From Malacoraja senta (lineage: Eukaryota): 20,044 nt of DNA. The first letter of the stretch is position 1. Every line of letters begins with the position of its first letter. The stretch is from assembly GCA_038087875.1 (NCBI GenBank), contig JAXLNO010000259.1, positions 248,001 to 268,044 of the forward strand, written 5' to 3'. The notes under the pieces are model-generated. The model saw only the letters and a program-made list of their open reading frames with translations. It had not been told where the DNA came from and ran no database searches. This document shows positions 1 to 12,501 of the stretch, one piece after another. The position numbers were made by a program, and so were the translations under genes.

Positions 1-77
1 ACTGGTGTTAAAAATAATCAAAAAAACCCTTATGGTTATTCCAAAGCAGATTCAACTGCTTGTACACCCTGTGACTG

Positions 78-1105
78 ATGAACCACATCCTTTACATGAT
101 CATATGGTTTGTTGATTTACAGATTCTAAGAAGGCCATATCTTGGAAAAGGATTATCAGACCGTACGGTGGATGTTATAACAACAGCCTGGTGGAATAGT
201 ACCCAGAAGCAGTACATCTCCTATATAAAGAAATGGGAGGAGTTTTCTTCAGGGAAACATATTGCATATAACCCAGCAGAAATTTCAGATGTAATAGAGT
301 TCCTTTCTACTCTATACTATGAATTAAAATTAAATTATAGTGCAATTAATACTGCACGGTGCACTCTCTGCATATTTAAGCAGTGAATCGGCACAAACTC
401 CAATAGGAGCACAACCTTGGGTCTGTAGGTTTATGAAAGGGATTTTCAACTCTAATCCTCCCAGACCTAGGTATACAGAAATTTGGAATGTAAAAGATGT
501 ACTGATGTTGCTAAGGAATTGGAATCCAGTTGAAACTCTGTCATTATCCAAAATCAACACGAAATTGGTTATGCTCATGGCATTAATTTCAGCTCAGAGA
601 GTTCAAACATTACAGTAACTCAGAATTGATAGAATGAAAGTAGGGCCAAATGCCGTGACATTCTATGTCTATGATTTACTGAAGCAAAGTAGACCTAGGT
701 TCACAGGATGCAAGTTGGAATTTTTATCATATCCTACAGATCCACGACTGTGTGTAGTAACATATGTGAAATGTTACATAGAAACAACAAACGATTTAAC
801 AGGCACCGAATTGGCATTTTCTATTAGTCATAAAAAGCCTCATAAGTAAGTGTCAACACAAACAATTTCACGATGGTTGAAACAGGTGTTGAGATATTCA
901 GGTATTGATACTGATAAATTTAAATCTCATTCCACCAGGACGGCATCAACATCAGCGGCCAGGGATTCAGACAATAGACCTTATTCTCGCGGCCGCAGGA
1001 TGGGCAAGTGAACAGATGTTTCACAAGTATTACCATAAGGAGATTAAAGATCTCATAGGGTTTGGTCATGCCGTGCGGGATACAGTATTAAATCCCCCAT
1101 TATAA
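78..1105 (+). pseudogene. Tyrosine recombinase of DIRS element, disrupted
   Basis: ORF pieces 78-386, 340-618, 634-849 and 905-1105 join into a YR. They give an N-terminal STQKQYISYIKKW...YSAINTAR segment, catalytic R (SAQRVQTL), K (LLKQSRP), HxxR (FKSHSTRTASTS, HSTR at 928-939) and AAGWASEQMFHKYY. In-frame TAA stops lie at 616-618 and 847-849, with frameshifts near 360 and 960. Confidence 0.9.
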
Positions 1106-1304
1106 TAAATGGGCCTAATTTTGTTACTTTTATTAAAATAAATAAAACCATTAACTGATTACATTCAAATGTTGTGGTTATGCATTGTTGATTGTGGTTA
1201 CTCAAATAGAGTCAATCGATGCAGTGAACACCTGGATTTGAATCCACGGTGTGAAATCACAGAGCTTTGAAATCTTCACGTAGTCACACGTGACTCCGAA
1301 GTAA

Positions 1305-1609
1305 AATAGTAAGATTAAACGAGAACTTACCAGTTTGTAGTTTGATCTTCATTTTATGAGGAGTGACGTTGAGGGATTACGTGCCCTCCGCTCCCACCCT
1401 CATAAACGGATCAAGCTGGTAGTTCTTAGTCTTTATGCATCTTACTATCATACTTCAGTAATTATCGTCTGTGATTGTCACTCCGCTGCTTTGAAAGATT
1501 GACGCGTGTGCGGCTGGACGGGGTCTTCTTCACGTAATCCCTCAACGTCACTCCTCATAAAATAAAGATCAAACTTCAAACTGGTAAGTTCTCGTATAAT
1601 CTTACTATT
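1305..1609. repeat. 79-bp inverted repeat pair (DIRS internal complementary region vs right end)
   Basis: 1305-1383 equals the reverse complement of 1531-1609 at 76/79 positions by manual alignment. The spacer is 147 bp. Confidence 0.95.
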
Positions 1610-3410
1610 CTAGCCGGTTTGCTACCCCATAAAAATTTTGATATTGTCCTTTCTAATTCATCAAAAAAAGATTTAGTGATAAGTATAGGGACGTGCTGGA
1701 AAAGATACAGGAATTTGGGTAGGACGACCATCTTGACCAGATTTATCCGGCCCACGAGGGATAGCGGTAAAACTGACCAGCGGTCAAAATCTCTTTCGGC
1801 TTTTTCAACCAGAGGCAGAAAGTTTCTGCGGAACATATCAGATAAGTATATTGTGATAAAAACGCCGAGATAGCGAAACCCGTCCTCTGCCCATTTGAAT
1901 GAGGTTAAAGAGCGAGGAAGCTGCTTAGCCAATGAGTTAATCGGTAATAGCTCACTCTTTTGGTAGTTAAGTTTATAACCAGAATACGCACCAAACCGTT
2001 CTAAAATATCCGTAATCACAGGGAGAGAACTGACTGGGTTCGAGATGTACAGGAGCAGGTCATCCGCATACAATGAGACTTTATGAGTTGTGTCGAACCG
2101 TGTAATACATTTAAAGCCCTTCTCTGAGCGTAACCAGACCGCCAGGGGTTCTATCGCGACAGCAAACAGGAGTGGTGATAACGGGCAACCCTGTCTGGTA
2201 CCTCTCTGATGGTTGAAGTAGGGCGACAGTATGTCGTTTGTTTGTACTGAGGCCACCGGGGACGAATATAATAGACTGACACAAAGAAAAAAAACTGTTA
2301 CCGAGGCCAAACCTATCCATCGTTTCATATAGGTATCTCCACTCGACCCTGTCGAAGGCTTTTTCGGCGTCGAGGGAGACCACTATCTCCGAGGTCTCAC
2401 TACTCGAAGAATGGATGATGTTAAGGAGACGCCTAGTATTATGGGAAGACTGTCGGCCTGGTATGAACCCTGTTTGATCTAACGAGATAATAGAGGGCAT
2501 CACTCGTTGAAGACGAAGCGCAAGGGCTTTAGAGAGGATTTTGAGGTCCACATTCAGGAGCGAAATTGGTCTATAGCTACTACAAAGCAGGGGATCTTTC
2601 TCCTTTTTAAGAATTAGGGAGATAGTAGCCCACGACAAGGTGGGTGGTAGCCGACGATGTAAAAACGTCTCATTGTACATATCTCTCAGGGCTGGTGCGA
2701 GGAGATCAGAGAAAGTTTTGTAATATTCTACAGTTAAGCCGACAGGGCCGGGAGACTTTCCGCTTTGCAGCAATGTGATGGCTGCTTGGACCTCAGCAAC
2801 AGTTATGGGACCACCCAAGTCTCTCGTGGCTTCATCGTCAATTCGGGTAAAGGTCATATTACTGAACATATCACCTGCAGTGGGAGGACAGTCGGAAGTG
2901 TATAGTTCAGCGTAGAATTTAGCAAATGCTTCATTAATTCTAAGAGGATCAGTATGAATCTCCCCTAAGCTGGATCTAATGGCTGAATTAGCCGTGAAGT
3001 CGCCTCTGTTCTGGCCTGATGGGCCAAAAGCTTCCCAGCTTTATCCCCAGATTCCAAAAAGTGTTGCCTAGATTTAATCAGTTGTAGCTTGGCTTTATTA
3101 ATAGACTTGAGATCAAAGTCTGTTTGTAGCCTAAGGCGTTCTCTATAAAGGTTAGGGTTTGGGTCAGATGCATATTTGTCATCAATGTCCTTTATTTTTT
3201 GTAACAGATCTGCCGTGTGGGACGACTCTGTTCTTTTCAGGTTGGAGACAAAAGAGATAAGTTGGCCCCTAATATAGGCTTTTGAAGCTTCCCAGAGTAT
3301 ACCTCTTTCTGTCCGGTGAGTCATTCAGCTCAAAATATAAGGTGATTTGGGAGTGCAAAAATTGCATGTAGTGAGCCTCTGCTAATAACGAGGAGTTGAA
3401 CCTCCGCATT
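1610..3410 (-). mobile_element. L1-clade LINE ORF2 fragment (post-endonuclease linker + reverse transcriptase), frameshifted and truncated at both ends
   Basis: Minus-strand motifs: RFNSSLL (~3385-3405), LWEASKAYIRG, KAGKLLAHQ, KSPGP, SYRPISLLNVDLKIL, DQTGFIPGR, SLDAEKAFDRVEW, GTRQGCPLSPLLF, LYADD, FRYLGV, LSLVGRINLVKMVVLPKFLYLF. Frameshifts lie near 2975 and 2290. Confidence 0.95.
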
Positions 3411-3525
3411 TAAATCCGTGGTAGAATTGTTGCATCGGCGCCGGAGACACGATGGGGAGAGATGGAGAGAGGAGAGAGAGACAGGGGGGAGAGACAGAGA
3501 GAGAAAGAGAGAGAGGGAAGAGAGA

Positions 3526-3660
<135 letters not shown>

Positions 3661-3689
3661 AGGGAGAGAGAGGGGAGATAATTACATAC

Positions 3690-3750
3690 ACCACTCTCTG
3701 TGAGAAAAAGTGTTTCATCGTTACTGTTCTAAATGGCTTACTCCTCGTTA
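3690..3750 (-). mobile_element. CR1 ORF2 C-terminal scrap (copy 1; copy 2 at ~4368-4428)
   Basis: Translates to [19 protein letters not shown], resembling the conserved CR1 ORF2 C-terminal FFSQRVV motif. Confidence 0.7.
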
Positions 3751-4949
3751 TTACGTGGAGGGAGAGAGACAGATACAGGTAGAGAGTTAGAAATAGGGTG
3801 AGGGGAGATAGAGAGCGACGGGGAGGGGATAGGGAGAGAGAAAGTAAGAGTGACGGGGTGGCGAGGGAGAGAGAGGGGGGGGAGGGAGAGAGATAGTCGG
3901 GGAGGGGGGTAGAGACGGGTAGGGGAATGCAAATGTGACGAAGGGGTGGGAGAGAGCTGGAGATGGAGGAAGATAGAAATAGGAGGGACATCAATAAAAC
4001 AACGTTTGTGTCATTTGGCCAGATACAGTTAGCTAGACATTTATGTACATGGATAGGACAGGTTTAAAAGGTATAATTACAGGTGCCATCCCCTAATTCC
4101 ATCATTTACATGTGCACTCCATTAAATCCGTGGCAGATGGGGATAGAGATGGGGAAGAGATGGGGAGAGAGGGGGTAGAGTGGGGAAGATAGAGAGAGAT
4201 AGAGAAAGGGAGAGAGAGAGAGAGAGAGAGAGGGGGAGAGATAGAGAGAGAGAGAGAGAGAGTGTGAGAGAAAGAGAGAGAGAGAGAGAGACAGACAGAG
4301 AGAGAGAGAGAGAGAGAGATAGTGAGAGAGAGAGGGGGAGGGAGAGAGAGGGGAGATAATTACACACACCACTCTCTGTGAGAAAAAGTGTTTCATCGTT
4401 ACTGTTCTAAACGGCTTACTCCTCATTATTACGTGGAGGGGGAGAGACAGATAGAGGTAGAGGGTTATACATAGGGTGAGGGGTGATAGAGAGCGACGGG
4501 GAGGGGATAGGGAGAGAGAAAGTAAGAGTGACGGGGTGGCGAGGGAGAGAGAGGGGGGAGGGAGGGAGAGAGATAGTCGGGGGGGGGGGGGTAGAGACGG
4601 GTAGGGGGGTGCAAATGTGACGAAGGGGTGGGAGAGAGCTGGAGATGGAGGAAGATAGAAATAGGAGGGACATCAATAAAACAACGTTTAAGTGTCATTT
4701 GGCCAGATACAGTTAGCTAGACATTTATGTACATGGATAGGACAGGTTTAAAGGTATAATTACAGGTGCCATCCCCTAATTCCATCATTTACAGGTGCAC
4801 TCCCTTAAATCCGTGGCAGATGGGGATAGAGATGGGGAGATAGATGGGGAGAGAGGGGGTAGAGTGGGGAAGATAGAGAGAGATAGAGAAAGGGAGAGAG
4901 AGAGAGAGAGAGGGAGAGATAGCGAGAGAGAGAGAGAGAGCGAAAGAGA

Positions 4950-5482
<533 letters not shown>

Positions 5483-5518
5483 CGAGAGAGAGAGAGAGAG
5501 AGAAAGAGAGTCAGAGCG

Positions 5519-5547
5519 ATATATATATATATATATATATATATATG
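5519..5547. repeat. (AT)n microsatellite
   Basis: Read directly. Confidence 0.95.
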
Positions 5548-5620
5548 GAGAGAGAGAGAATGAGAGAGAGCGTGAGAGAGAGTGAGAGAGAGAGTGAGAG
5601 AGATAGAGAGAGAGAGAGAG

Positions 5621-5694
<74 letters not shown>

Positions 5695-5803
5695 GGGGGT
5701 GGATGGAGAAGGATGGGGAGGGGAGGGGAGAGAGAGTGAGAGAGTAGGCCTGGGAGAGGGAGAGAGCGAGTCGGGGAGTGGAGGAAGTGAGAGATGGGAT
5801 CTC

Positions 5804-5896
5804 GTCTGAAGAACGGTCTCGACCCGAATCATGTCCGATTCCTTCTCCCCAGAAATGCTGCATGTCCCGCTGTTCCGCCAGAATTGTGTTTGTCTA
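5804..5896 (+). mobile_element. Penelope-associated repeat fragment with degenerate type I hammerhead ribozyme core (copy 1)
   Basis: CTGAAGA (5806-5812), then hairpin GGTC-TC-GACC, then GAAT (5826-5829; canonical GAAA). The downstream ATTCCTTCTCCCCAGAAATGCTGC...CCCGCTG resembles a common chondrichthyan Penelope-like repeat. Confidence 0.6.
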
Positions 5897-6016
5897 TGTT
5901 AATTGAAACAACGTTTAAGATACATTTGTAGGGGTAAATGGATGACAGGTTTAAAGGTATATATCCAGGTGCCCTCTCATAATTCTCTCATTTACAGGTG
6001 TCATCCCATATATCCA

Positions 6017-6101
6017 AGTTGCTGCCTCACAGCGCCACAGAGCCGAGTTCGATCCTGACCACGGGCGCTGTCTGTGCAGAGTTTGCACTTTCTCCCCGCG
6101 A
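6017..6101 (+). mobile_element. tRNA-derived V-SINE (HE1-like) 5' fragment
   Basis: GTTGCTGCCTCACAGCGCCA head, Pol III B box GTTCGATCC at 6047-6055, and V-domain-like CTGTCTGTGCAGAGTTTGCACTTTCTCCCCG. Shorter head remnants lie at ~6308-6337 and ~3419-3450. Confidence 0.8.
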
Positions 6102-6410
6102 TCTTCCATCCAGTCACTCAACTATCTTTCTCCTTTCCCCCTTCTTTCTTTCTTTCCTCCCTGACTCCCCCCAGAGAACAACGAGGGGGATCATTGATAC
6201 AACGTTAAAGTCATTTGGCCAGAGACATTTGGCCAGACATTTAGACAGGTACATGGATAGGACAGGTTTAACGGTATACTTATGGGTGCCCTCACCTAAA
6301 TCAAAGTGGTAGTTGCTCTCACAGCGCTAGAGACCCGATTGGGAGAGAGATGGGGAGAGAGAGGGTAGGGTGGGGGAGATAGTGGAGAGAGGAGATCGAG
6401 AGAGGGAGCT

Positions 6411-6474
<64 letters not shown>

Positions 6475-6618
6475 TGAGAAAGAGAGAGAGAGAGTGGAGA
6501 GAGAAATATTGGGAGGGGATAAGAGAGAAGGATTGGGAGGGGAGGAGAGAGATATAGGGAACAGAAGGCCTGGGAGAGGGAGAGAGCGAGACGGGGAGGA
6601 AATGAGAGATGGGATCTC

Positions 6619-6709
6619 GTCTGAAGAACGGTCTCGACCCGAATCATGCCCCATTCATTCTCCCCAGAAATGTTGCACGTCCCGCTGAGTTCCGCCAGAA
6701 TTGTGTCTA
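6619..6709 (+). mobile_element. Penelope-associated repeat fragment with degenerate hammerhead core (copy 2)
   Basis: CTGAAGA at 6621-6627 with the same hairpin and the same GAAT variant, 815 bp downstream of copy 1. It shares the upstream flank GAGAGATGGGATCTCGT. Confidence 0.6.
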
Positions 6710-6757
6710 TGTTAAGCCAAGTTATGTCGTGCCCTGGTTAATAAACTGTGCTCTACA

Positions 6758-6830
6758 TATGATGAGCGTTTGTCGGCACTGGGCCTGTACTCACTGAAGT
6801 TCAGAATAAGGAGGAGGGCCTTATTGAAAC
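6758..6830 (+). mobile_element. CR1 ORF2 C-terminal scrap
   Basis: Reads YDERLSALGLYSLKFR..., resembling the CR1 motif YEERL..LGLYSLE.RR.RGDLIE. Confidence 0.7.
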
Positions 6831-6914
6831 AACGTTTGTGACTTTTGGACAGCTACATGGATAAGACAGGTTTAAAGGTATATATACAGCTGCCCTCCCC
6901 TAATTCTCTCATTT

Positions 6915-7158
6915 ACAGGGGGAAAGATTTAATAGGAACATGAGGGGTAACCTTTCCACACAGAGGGTGGTGGGTTTTATGGAACAGCTGCCGGAAAATG
7001 TACTTGAGGCAGGGAATATCACATCGTTTGGACAGGTACATGGATAGCACAGGTTTGGAAGGATGTGGGCCAAACGCGGGCAGGTGGGATAAGTGTAAAT
7101 GTAGCATTTTGGTCAGTGTGAGCAAGTTGACCGAAAGGCCTGTTTCCGTTGTATTACT
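6915..7158 (+). mobile_element. CR1 LINE 3' end (ORF2 tail + 3' UTR), shark/skate type
   Basis: ACACAGAGGGTGG...TGGAACAGCTGCC (TQRVV..WN.LP), then GACAGGTACATGGATAG and the terminal stem-loop region GACCGAAAGGCCTGTTTCC. Confidence 0.85.
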
Positions 7159-7159
7159 T

Positions 7160-8010
7160 CCACAACCCTCTCCCCACTCCGGCACTCTCGCGATCTCCCC
7201 ACCATTCTCCACCTCCTCCACTACCCACTCCCCGTCTCTCCCTCCCTCTCCCTGTTTCTCACTCTCTGTTTCCCCGTCTCTCCATCCCTCCCCCATTTAT
7301 CTCTCTCTCCTCTCTTCCCCGTATCTCCCTCCCTCTCCCCTTCTCTAGCTCATCCCATCCATGTCTCTCTCTCTCCCTCCCAGTCTTTCTCTCCCCGTCT
7401 CTCTCTACTCCCCCCCTCACTCTCCCGTCTCTCATTGCCTCCCTCCATCTTTGGAACTTCTCCCTCTCCCGTCTCTCCATCCATCCCTCCGTCTCCATCT
7501 CTAGACCTCTCTCTCCTCTCTGTTCCTTCCTCCCTGTACACTCTCTCTCTCGCCCAGTCATTTTCTCTCTCTGACGTTTTCTGTCAGACACACCCTCCTT
7601 CCTGCTGCGACAAACGCCGAGACGCAGAGCGAGATTGAGTGACGAGGAGAGGGAGAGACAGACGGGAGGGGTTGAGAGAGACGGGGAGAGAGAGAGAGGG
7701 AGAGGGGATTGGAGGGGAGGGGAGGGAGTGAGAGATGAGACGGGAGGGTAGAGAGTGACACAGGGAGGAGAGAGAGGGGAGAGGGAGATGGAGATGGGAG
7801 GGGAGGGAGGGAGAGCGGGAGAGAGACGGGAGAGAGAGAGAGAGACGGGGAGGAGACACGTGGAGGGAGAGCGAGATAGATGGTGAAGGAGTGAAAGAGA
7901 AGAGGAAAAGTAAGTGACGGGGAGGCGAGGGAGAGAGAGGGGGGAGAGGCGTGAGAGAGACGGGGTGGAGAGGGAGAGAGAGTGGGGGAGGGAGAGAGAT
8001 AGAGGCGGAT
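7160..8010. repeat. Low complexity: CT-rich tract (7160-7570) followed by GA-rich tract (7640-8010)
   Basis: Read directly. Confidence 0.9.
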
Positions 8011-8017
8011 AGACCGG

Positions 8018-9526
8018 AGTTCGAGATATTTCGTGAAAGAGTTGGAGTTGGAGTTGGTTGGAGTTGGAGTTGGAGTTCGAGAGAGTTGATGTTTCGAGAG
8101 AGAGTTCGAGTTCGTGATAGAGTTCGAGTTCGAGTTCGAGTTCGAGAGAGAGTTCCAGTTCGAGATAGAGCGAGTTCGAGTTCGAGATAGAGTTCGAGTT
8201 CTAGTATATGGTTCGAGTTCGAGATAAATTTCGAGAAAGAGTTCGTTCGAATTCGAGTTCGAGAAAGAGGGAAGTTAGAGTTCAAATTCGAGTTCGCGTT
8301 CGAATTCAATTTCGAGTTCGACATCGAGTTCGAGATAGAGTTCGAGTTAGAGATAAAGTTCGAGATGGAGTTCGTTCGACATCGAGTTCGAGATAGAGTT
8401 CGAATTAGAGTTCGAGTTGGAGTACGAGTTCGGGAGTGATTTCGACATATAGTTCGAGAGAGTTAGAGTTCGAGATAGTGTTCGAGGTCGTGATAGAGTT
8501 CCTGAAAGAGTTCGAGATAGTTCGATTTCAAGTTAGATTTGTAATTGGTTGGATTTCGAGGTAGTGTTCGCGTTCGAGATAGTTGCAGTTCGAGATAGAG
8601 TTCGAGCTCGAGATATAGTTCGAGTTCGAGTTCGAGTTCGAGTACCAGTTCGAGTTCGAGTACGAGTTCGAGTTCGAGTAAGAGTTCGTGATATAGTTCG
8701 AGTCCAAGTTCGAGTTGGAATTGAAGTTGGAGTTCGATAGAGTTCGTTCGAGATATAGTTCGACTTCGAGTTCGAGGACGATTTCGAGATCGAGTTCGAG
8801 ATCGATTTCTAGTACGAGTGAGAGAGTTCGAGATAGAGTTCGAGTTCCAGTTCGTTCGATTTCGAGTTGAATGAATTAATGAATGAATGAATGATTGAAT
8901 GAACGAATGAATGAATGAATGAATGAATGAATGAATGAATGAAAGAATGAATGAATGAATGAATGAATAAATACATTTATTGGCCAAGAATTCACATACA
9001 AGGAATTTGCCTCGGTGGTCCGCCAGCAAGTCGAACTCCCAACTCGAGATAGAGTACGAGTTCGAGTTCGAGATCTAATCCGTGTTCCAGTTCGATTTAG
9101 AGTTTGTGTTCGTTAGAGATAGAGTTTGTGATAGAGTTCGAGTTCAAATTCGATGTTGGACGTGGAGTTGGAGTTCGAGATAGTTCGAGTTCGAGATAGA
9201 GTTTCGAGTTCAAGAAACAGTTCGAGTTCGAGATCTAGTTCGCGATAGAGATAGAGTTGAATGAATGAATGAATGAATGAATGAATGAATGAATGAATGA
9301 ATGAATGAATGAATGAATGAATGAATGAATGAATGAATGAATGAATGAATGAATACATTTATATGCCAAGTATTCACAAACAATGAATTTTCTTTGGTGG
9401 TCCGCCAGCAAGGCGAACTCCAACTCGAGTTCGAGATACAGTTCGAGATCGTATTCGAGTTCGAGTTCGAATTCGAGTTCGAGAGAGATTTCGAGATCGA
9501 GAGAGAGTTCGAGTTCGAGTTCGAGT
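8018..9526 (+). repeat. Degenerate (AGTTCG)n hexamer satellite with interspersed (GAAT)n + ~78-bp cores (block 1)
   Basis: Long runs of AGTTCG with AGATAG and AGTTGG variants. (GAAT)n lies at 8868-8968 and 9258-9354, with cores at ~8969-9048 and ~9352-9429. Confidence 0.95.
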
Positions 9527-10230
9527 TTATTTTATTTTTATTTTATTTTATTCTTTATTTCGAACAGAATAAAAGAATGAAAAGCAAGTGTGAAACAGCA
9601 TACAAAAAACAAATGAAGAAAATGTATAGTCATAAACAATATCTATAAATAAATGAAATCGCATGTGTCCGAAAAGGAGCAGGAAGAAGCCAAAGCTTAT
9701 TATTTCCCAACCCTTATTCTACTGCTTATAATTATCGTATACACATTTAGCAGCTATATGTACACCAGATGTACACCAGCAGCTATATGTACACCAAATT
9801 ATTTACATTTATACACTAATCAAATATTTACAAAGCCATACAAAAAAAGAGAGAAAAAGAAAAAAGATAAGAAAAAATCCTCATATACTTTTCACTATCC
9901 CTCAGTCATATATACAACCCATAACCATCATATACTATATTGTATCCCTTAGTCATATATACAACACATGACCCTATAAGTACCCTTCCCGATACAATCA
10001 GTATAACAAATATCCCACACCTATCCTCATCCTAATATCCTTTAAAAACTGAATTTTTTAAAATCTGAATTATGTTTGTGCTAAGCTTTATCTCCTGTTC
10101 CAGACCATTCCACAAATTCACTCCACAGATTGCTATGAACATAATTTTAAGAGTTGTTCTGACATTGAGTTTTTTTTAATTATTTTCCCCTCTCAAATTA
10201 TACCCACCCTGTCTTTCCATAAACAGTTTT
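9527..10230 (-). mobile_element. 5'-truncated L2-group (Crack/Daphne-like) LINE 3' end
   Basis: Minus strand ~10230-10040 reads KLFMERQGGYNLRG...VRTTLK...ICGVNLWNGL, a typical ORF2 C-terminus. An AT-rich UTR with AAGCTTTGGCTTCTTCCTGCTCCTTTTCGGACAC and an (AAAAT)n-like tail at 9527-9560 follow. Confidence 0.75.
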
Positions 10231-10231
10231 T

Positions 10232-10441
10232 ATCGAGTTCGAGATCAAGTTCGAGATCGAGTTCGAATTGAATGAATGAATGAATGAATGAATGAATGAA
10301 TGAATACGTTTATTGGCCTAGTACTCACATATAGGGAAGTTGCCTTGGTGCTCCGCCCGCAAGTCGAACTCAAACTCGAGTTCGAGATAGAGTTCGAGTT
10401 CGAGATAGAGTACGATTCCGCGTTCGAGTTAGAGTTCGTTC
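10232..10441 (+). repeat. (AGTTCG)n satellite block 2 with (GAAT)n 10269-10305 and core ~10303-10380
   Basis: Same motifs as block 1. Confidence 0.93.
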
Positions 10442-11895
10442 AAAAATCAAGAATCAAGAGAGTTTATTGTCATGCGTCCCTGATAGGACAATGACATTCT
10501 TGCTTTGCTTCAGCACAACAGAACATAGTAGGCATTGACTACAAATCAGATCAGTGTTTCCATATACCATTATCTACGTAAAAAGTACAAATAACAGATA
10601 ATGGACTATTAATGTTCAGTGTTTTGTCCGATCCAAGTTTAAAAGCCTGATGGCTGTGGGGAAGTAGCTATTCCTGAACCTGGTCATTGCAGTCTTCAGG
10701 CTCCTGTACCTTCTACCTGAAGGTAGCAGGGAGATGAGTGTGTGGCCAGGATGGTGTGGTTCCTTGATGATATTGCCAGCCTTTTTGAGGCAGCGACTGC
10801 GATAGATCCCCTCGATGGAAGGGAGGTCAGAGCCGATGATGGACTGGGCAATGTCTACTACATTCTGTAGTCTTTTCCTCTCCAGGGCGCACAAGTTGCC
10901 GAACCAAGCCATGTAAATGGTCAGCATGCTCTCTAATGTGCACTTGTAGAAGTTCGAGAGCGTCCTCCTTGACAAACTGACCTCCGTAAACTTCTCAGGA
11001 AGTAGAGGCGCTGATGTGCTTTCTTAATAATTGCATCAGTGTTCTCGGAACAGGAAAGTTCTTCAGAGATGTGCACGCCCAGGAATTAGAAACTCTTGAC
11101 CCTTTCAACCATCGACCCGTTGATATAAACGGGACTGTTGGTCCCCATCCTACTCCTTCCAAAGTCCACAATCAGTTCCTCGGTGTTGCTGGTGTTGAGG
11201 GCCAAGCTTCTATACTCTGACTCATCCCCATCAGTGAGACGTCCCACAACAGTGGTATCGTCCGCGAATTTGATGATGGAGTTCGCACTATGACTGGCTA
11301 CGCAGTCATGAGTATAGAGTGAGTACAGCATGGGTCTGAGCACGCAGCATTGAGGTGCTCCCGTGCAGATTGTTATCCAGTCTGACACATTTCCACTAAT
11401 ACGAACAGATTATGATCTGTGAATGAGGAAGTCGAGGATCCAATTGCAGAGGGATGCGCAGAGACCCAGTTCTGCGAGTTAGGTAACCAGCTTGGAGGGG
11501 ATGATTGTATTAAATGCCGAGCTGTAATCAATGAATAACAGCCAGACATATGAGTTTGTGATGTCCAAGTGGTCCAGAGCGGAGTGGAGGGCCAACAAGA
11601 TCGCATCCACCGTTGATCTGTTGTGGCGGTAATCGAACTGCAAAGGGTCCAGATTGTTGTCGAGGTAGGAGTTGATTTGCGCCATGATCAACCTGTCGAA
11701 GCACTTCATCACCACAGGCGTTAGTGCCACTGGTCGATAGACATTGAGTCACGTCACTTACTCATCTTGGGCACCGGTATAATTGATGCCCTTATTAAGC
11801 AGGTGGGAACATCAGATCTCAGAAGTGAGAGTTTGAAAATATCCGTAAAAAACTCCAGGCAGTTGGTCCGCACAGATTTTTCCGAACACGACCTG
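10442..11895 (-). mobile_element. Rex1/Babar LINE, 5'-truncated, pseudogenised RT
   Basis: Motifs [88 protein letters not shown]...RFRNSYFPTAIRLLN. The 3' end has AATAAA and a (TTCTTGA)-type tail at 10442-10468. A small internal deletion lies near 11205. Confidence 0.92.
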
Positions 11896-12458
<563 letters not shown>

Positions 12459-12501
12459 GAGAGAGAGACTGAGAGAGAGACAGAGATAACGAGTTCGAGA
12501 T

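Larger units (their letters stand above)
1..1609 (+). mobile_element. DIRS-like tyrosine-recombinase retrotransposon, 3' portion (end of pol, YR gene, ICR, right terminus); 5' part lies outside the window
   Basis: A YR ORF remnant is followed by a 79-bp inverted repeat (1305-1383 / 1531-1609), the ICR/right-end layout of DIRS1-group elements. The element ends abruptly at ...CTTACTATT against L1 sequence. Confidence 0.88.

Noticed and set aside
78..1105. Phage or prokaryotic integrase (contamination or HGT)
   Set aside because: The motifs and the downstream ICR fit a DIRS retrotransposon, and it is contiguous with vertebrate LINEs.
1576..1609. DIRS-derived C-terminus (VRLYENLPV) fused to L1 RT as a chimeric protein
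   Set aside because: Incidental read-through into the insertion. The L1 ORF is frameshifted and lacks its 5' part.
6017..6101. tRNA gene
   Set aside because: Only a B box and SINE head/V-domain are present, with no complete cloverleaf.
9749..9796. 19-bp direct repeat AGCAGCTATATGTACACCA (9749, 9778)
   Set aside because: Local slippage duplication within a LINE UTR, with no sign of function.
9653..9952. 99-aa plus-strand ORF with a hydrophobic stretch
   Set aside because: It is antisense to a LINE 3' UTR and a chance ORF in AT-rich DNA.
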